From Porphyridium purpureum (lineage: Eukaryota): 64,000 bases of DNA. The translations under genes and the position numbers were made by a program. Below are positions 61,919-64,000 of the stretch, piece after piece. The number at the start of each line of letters is the position of its first letter. Position 1 is the stretch's first letter. Where the stretch lies: positions 744,001-808,000 of the forward strand of contig VRMN01000004.1 in NCBI GenBank assembly GCA_008690995.1. The letters are read 5' to 3'. The notes beneath the pieces are model-generated. The model did no database searches and had not been told where the DNA came from. It saw only the letters and a program-made list of their open reading frames with translations.

Positions 61919-63007
61919 TCATTCAGCGCGCATTTTCTCAACCAGATCCCGAATTAAAACTCCAGCAATCGCACCAGGAGGAGGAACGCGCAACGCGACC
62001 GACTCTGAATGGTTGATTGCCCCTTGCAGCTCGTCCAAAGAAAACCACGCCGCAGCCTCAATCTCCTTCTCGTCGATGGTGATCTCGGCAGCGCTCGCAG
62101 TAGCCATGCAGCCAATCATGAGGCTGTACGGAAAGGGCCACGGTTGGCTGGAGTGGTATTTAATGCTGTGGACCGCGACGCCAGTCTCCTCCAGCGTCTC
62201 ACGCTGCACGGCCTCCTCAATGCTTTCGCCATGTTCCATGAAACCGGCCACGCACGAGTACAAGTTTGGCTGAAAGCGAGCGCTGCGCGCCAGCAGCAAC
62301 ATCTTTTCCGTAGGATGGCGCACGGCAGTGATGACCACCGGGTCAGTGCGCGGGAACACGACGCCCGGACAGTTCTGCTCTAGCTCGTGAGCGTCTCCGA
62401 TGGGAACCGGCTTGGACGCCTCACCGACTGCATTCCTGCTGCAGACTCTCCGACTTGCACCATGCGACGCGCGCATTTCTGCGCCGCATAAACCGCAGAA
62501 GCGAAAGCGGCGGTGAAACTCAAACAGAGAGCGCGCGTGCGCGCAAATCGCAGCTTCTGCATGACTGAGTACTTTTTCAGCGCCCATCGCGGCGGAACGT
62601 AAGTCCTTCACCAGTAACTTGCCGTGACGAAAGTCTGTGACCACGTCATCATCTCGCAGCAACGCACCCACGTGCTCCAGCAATTCGGCTTCATCTCCCA
62701 GCGTGCTCAACACGGCCAGTTTCTTGCTTCGATGATCGCTCTCATTCTTCTCCTCGCCGAGCGCTAGCCATGGCAGCGTGCCACTCAACGCCAGCTGTTC
62801 GCCCAGCGAAGTTTTCCTTCTGAGCCACACCACCCTCAAGTCCGTTGCCGTCTCCACCAAAACAAACTTCAGCGAGTGCGTCAACACCGCCACGTGTTCC
62901 TCGCTCAGTGCGGCGGCGAGCGGCTCATCGACGCGGTCGCGCACTTTATCTTCTGCACGCGCGTTATTCTGGCGGTCGAGCGGGGATCCCGCAAACACGT
63001 TGACCAT
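61919..63007 (-). CDS. NADH pyrophosphatase / NAD-cap deNADding enzyme (NudC/NUDT12 family)
   Basis: FAGSPLDR, zinc ribbon FCGLCG...C...C, FPRTDPVVI, Nudix box GFMEHGESIEEAVQRETLEETG and SQPWPFP. Confidence 0.93.
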   Translation of the reverse strand: MVNVFAGSPLDRQNNARAEDKVRDRVDEPLAAALSEEHVAVLTHSLKFVLVETATDLRVVWLRRKTSLGEQLALSGTLPWLALGEEKNESDHRSKKLAVLSTLGDEAELLEHVGALLRDDDVVTDFRHGKLLVKDLRSAAMGAEKVLSHAEAAICAHARSLFEFHRRFRFCGLCGAEMRASHGASRRVCSRNAVGEASKPVPIGDAHELEQNCPGVVFPRTDPVVITAVRHPTEKMLLLARSARFQPNLYSCVAGFMEHGESIEEAVQRETLEETGVAVHSIKYHSSQPWPFPYSLMIGCMATASAAEITIDEKEIEAAAWFSLDELQGAINHSESVALRVPPPGAIAGVLIRDLVEKMRAE

Positions 63008-64000
63008 GGCCGCCGTCTTGGTCCCGTCGTTCGCCGCGAATCCGAGCGCCCTGCCCTGGCCGTTGGTAACACGAGCGCGTGAGACGAGGACATGTGGCGA
63101 TCAGTGGAGGACAAGAAGAACGACGGGCTTTGTCAGAAAGGCCTCTATTGGCCATGGCGGAGATGCTGCGGGGCGCACCAAAGTGTCGGCGGTGCGTGGG
63201 ACGGCTCCTGATCAAACGGCGCCGGTCGAAGTCGTTCGGGACAGGCGACGCGTGACACGCTTGTTGGAACTTTTGCATCCGGATGATGACCCGGCACGTG
63301 TGTATGTTAGTGCAGACCCAGGCATGGACAACATGCGGCTGGAACGCTATTCTGCGTCCACCGAAGCCGCCAAGAGCGATGTGCTTCGGCTACATATGGC
63401 CGAGGTTGACGCTCTCCTTTACGCACTGGAGCAAGCATATGCTCGCCGTGCCCCATTTATTGCACAGCAGAGCATGCTGGAAGCAGCGGTGGGGGCATAC
63501 ACGCTTCTGTTCGTGCGCACGCACGCACCTCTCGTCGGGGCAACGGCATTGACGACGTCCCTCGCGCATCGAAGGCGACGGCTGCTGGCCGTATTCCAGC
63601 GCGCGGCAGTGCGTGACTTTCTCGCCAATGTGGCCGTATTGGGCTGGCTCAAGCGGTCGCGTCCGGCTCGCATCCTGTTCACGGTCACCAATAGACTGCA
63701 GGTACTACATTCCAAGCGATTTCTGATCAACATGTTGCGTTTCCGCCTGCTTCGATTGTTCACTGGATGCATCACCACACGCGCCCGGATGTACTTTGGA
63801 CAGAGTCAGGAAGGCAAGGGATGGAGCGAAAGCGTCGCTGAACAAAGCGGGCCTGTACTACCTTCGCATAGCGTCAAGATCAAGTTTGACGCGCCCCGCA
63901 TTTCATTGGGTCGTGCATTTTCCATCAGCTATGGTCGTGCTTCGGAGGTGGATATGCGTGTCACGTACCTAGACGATCGTCTGCGACTTATGCGCGGGCC
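63006..64000 (+). CDS. PAP/fibrillin-family plastid protein, 3' end runs off the window
   Basis: Translated by hand; absent from the ORF track. The frame is open from ATG 63006 (MAAVLVPSFAANPSALPW..., transit-peptide-like) to the window end, finishing in VKIKFD...DMRVTYLDDRLRLMRG (fibrillin TYLDxxLRxxRG motif). Confidence 0.78.
   Translation, partial: MAAVLVPSFAANPSALPWPLVTRARETRTCGDQWRTRRTTGFVRKASIGHGGDAAGRTKVSAVRGTAPDQTAPVEVVRDRRRVTRLLELLHPDDDPARVYVSADPGMDNMRLERYSASTEAAKSDVLRLHMAEVDALLYALEQAYARRAPFIAQQSMLEAAVGAYTLLFVRTHAPLVGATALTTSLAHRRRRLLAVFQRAAVRDFLANVAVLGWLKRSRPARILFTVTNRLQVLHSKRFLINMLRFRLLRLFTGCITTRARMYFGQSQEGKGWSESVAEQSGPVLPSHSVKIKFDAPRISLGRAFSISYGRASEVDMRVTYLDDRLRLMRG

Overview
Eukaryotic, gene-dense DNA of about 55% GC with no introns that I needed to invoke. 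The plastid-type ABC1 kinase and fibrillin genes, together with PAK and Lsm11, suggest a unicellular red alga such as Porphyridium (inference). The main result is a 4801-aa intronless ORF (42792-57197, minus strand) built from nine tandem class II CPD photolyase-like domains plus a Q/G/Y/P-rich tail. The internal repeats keep flavin-pocket motifs but have lost the DNA-lesion-binding elements, which points to a multi-flavin photosensor or scaffold rather than a repair enzyme. The second result is two local arrays of small, apparently disordered proteins. Family A has six ORFs plus one pseudogene at 2.9-12.3 kb. Family B has four ORFs plus one degenerate copy at 18.4-24.2 kb. Every intact copy carries an LxxIxE motif with acidic followers (PP2A-B56 docking consensus), and most carry SnRK1/AMPK-type or 14-3-3-type phosphosites. 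Other genes: a formin FH2 gene and a PAP/fibrillin gene (both run off the window edges and are absent from the ORF track), an FKBP + GnT-V-type Cys-rich fusion, GT34, PAK kinase, ABC1K, TM-GLTP, UGGT, a DRM1/ARP-like protein, MLO-EF-hand, RPS7, a DCAF7/AN11-like WD40, an ARM protein, Lsm11 and NudC/NUDT12. The NudC and fibrillin start codons overlap in one CCATGG palindrome. All family assignments come from motif recognition by eye; no searches were run.
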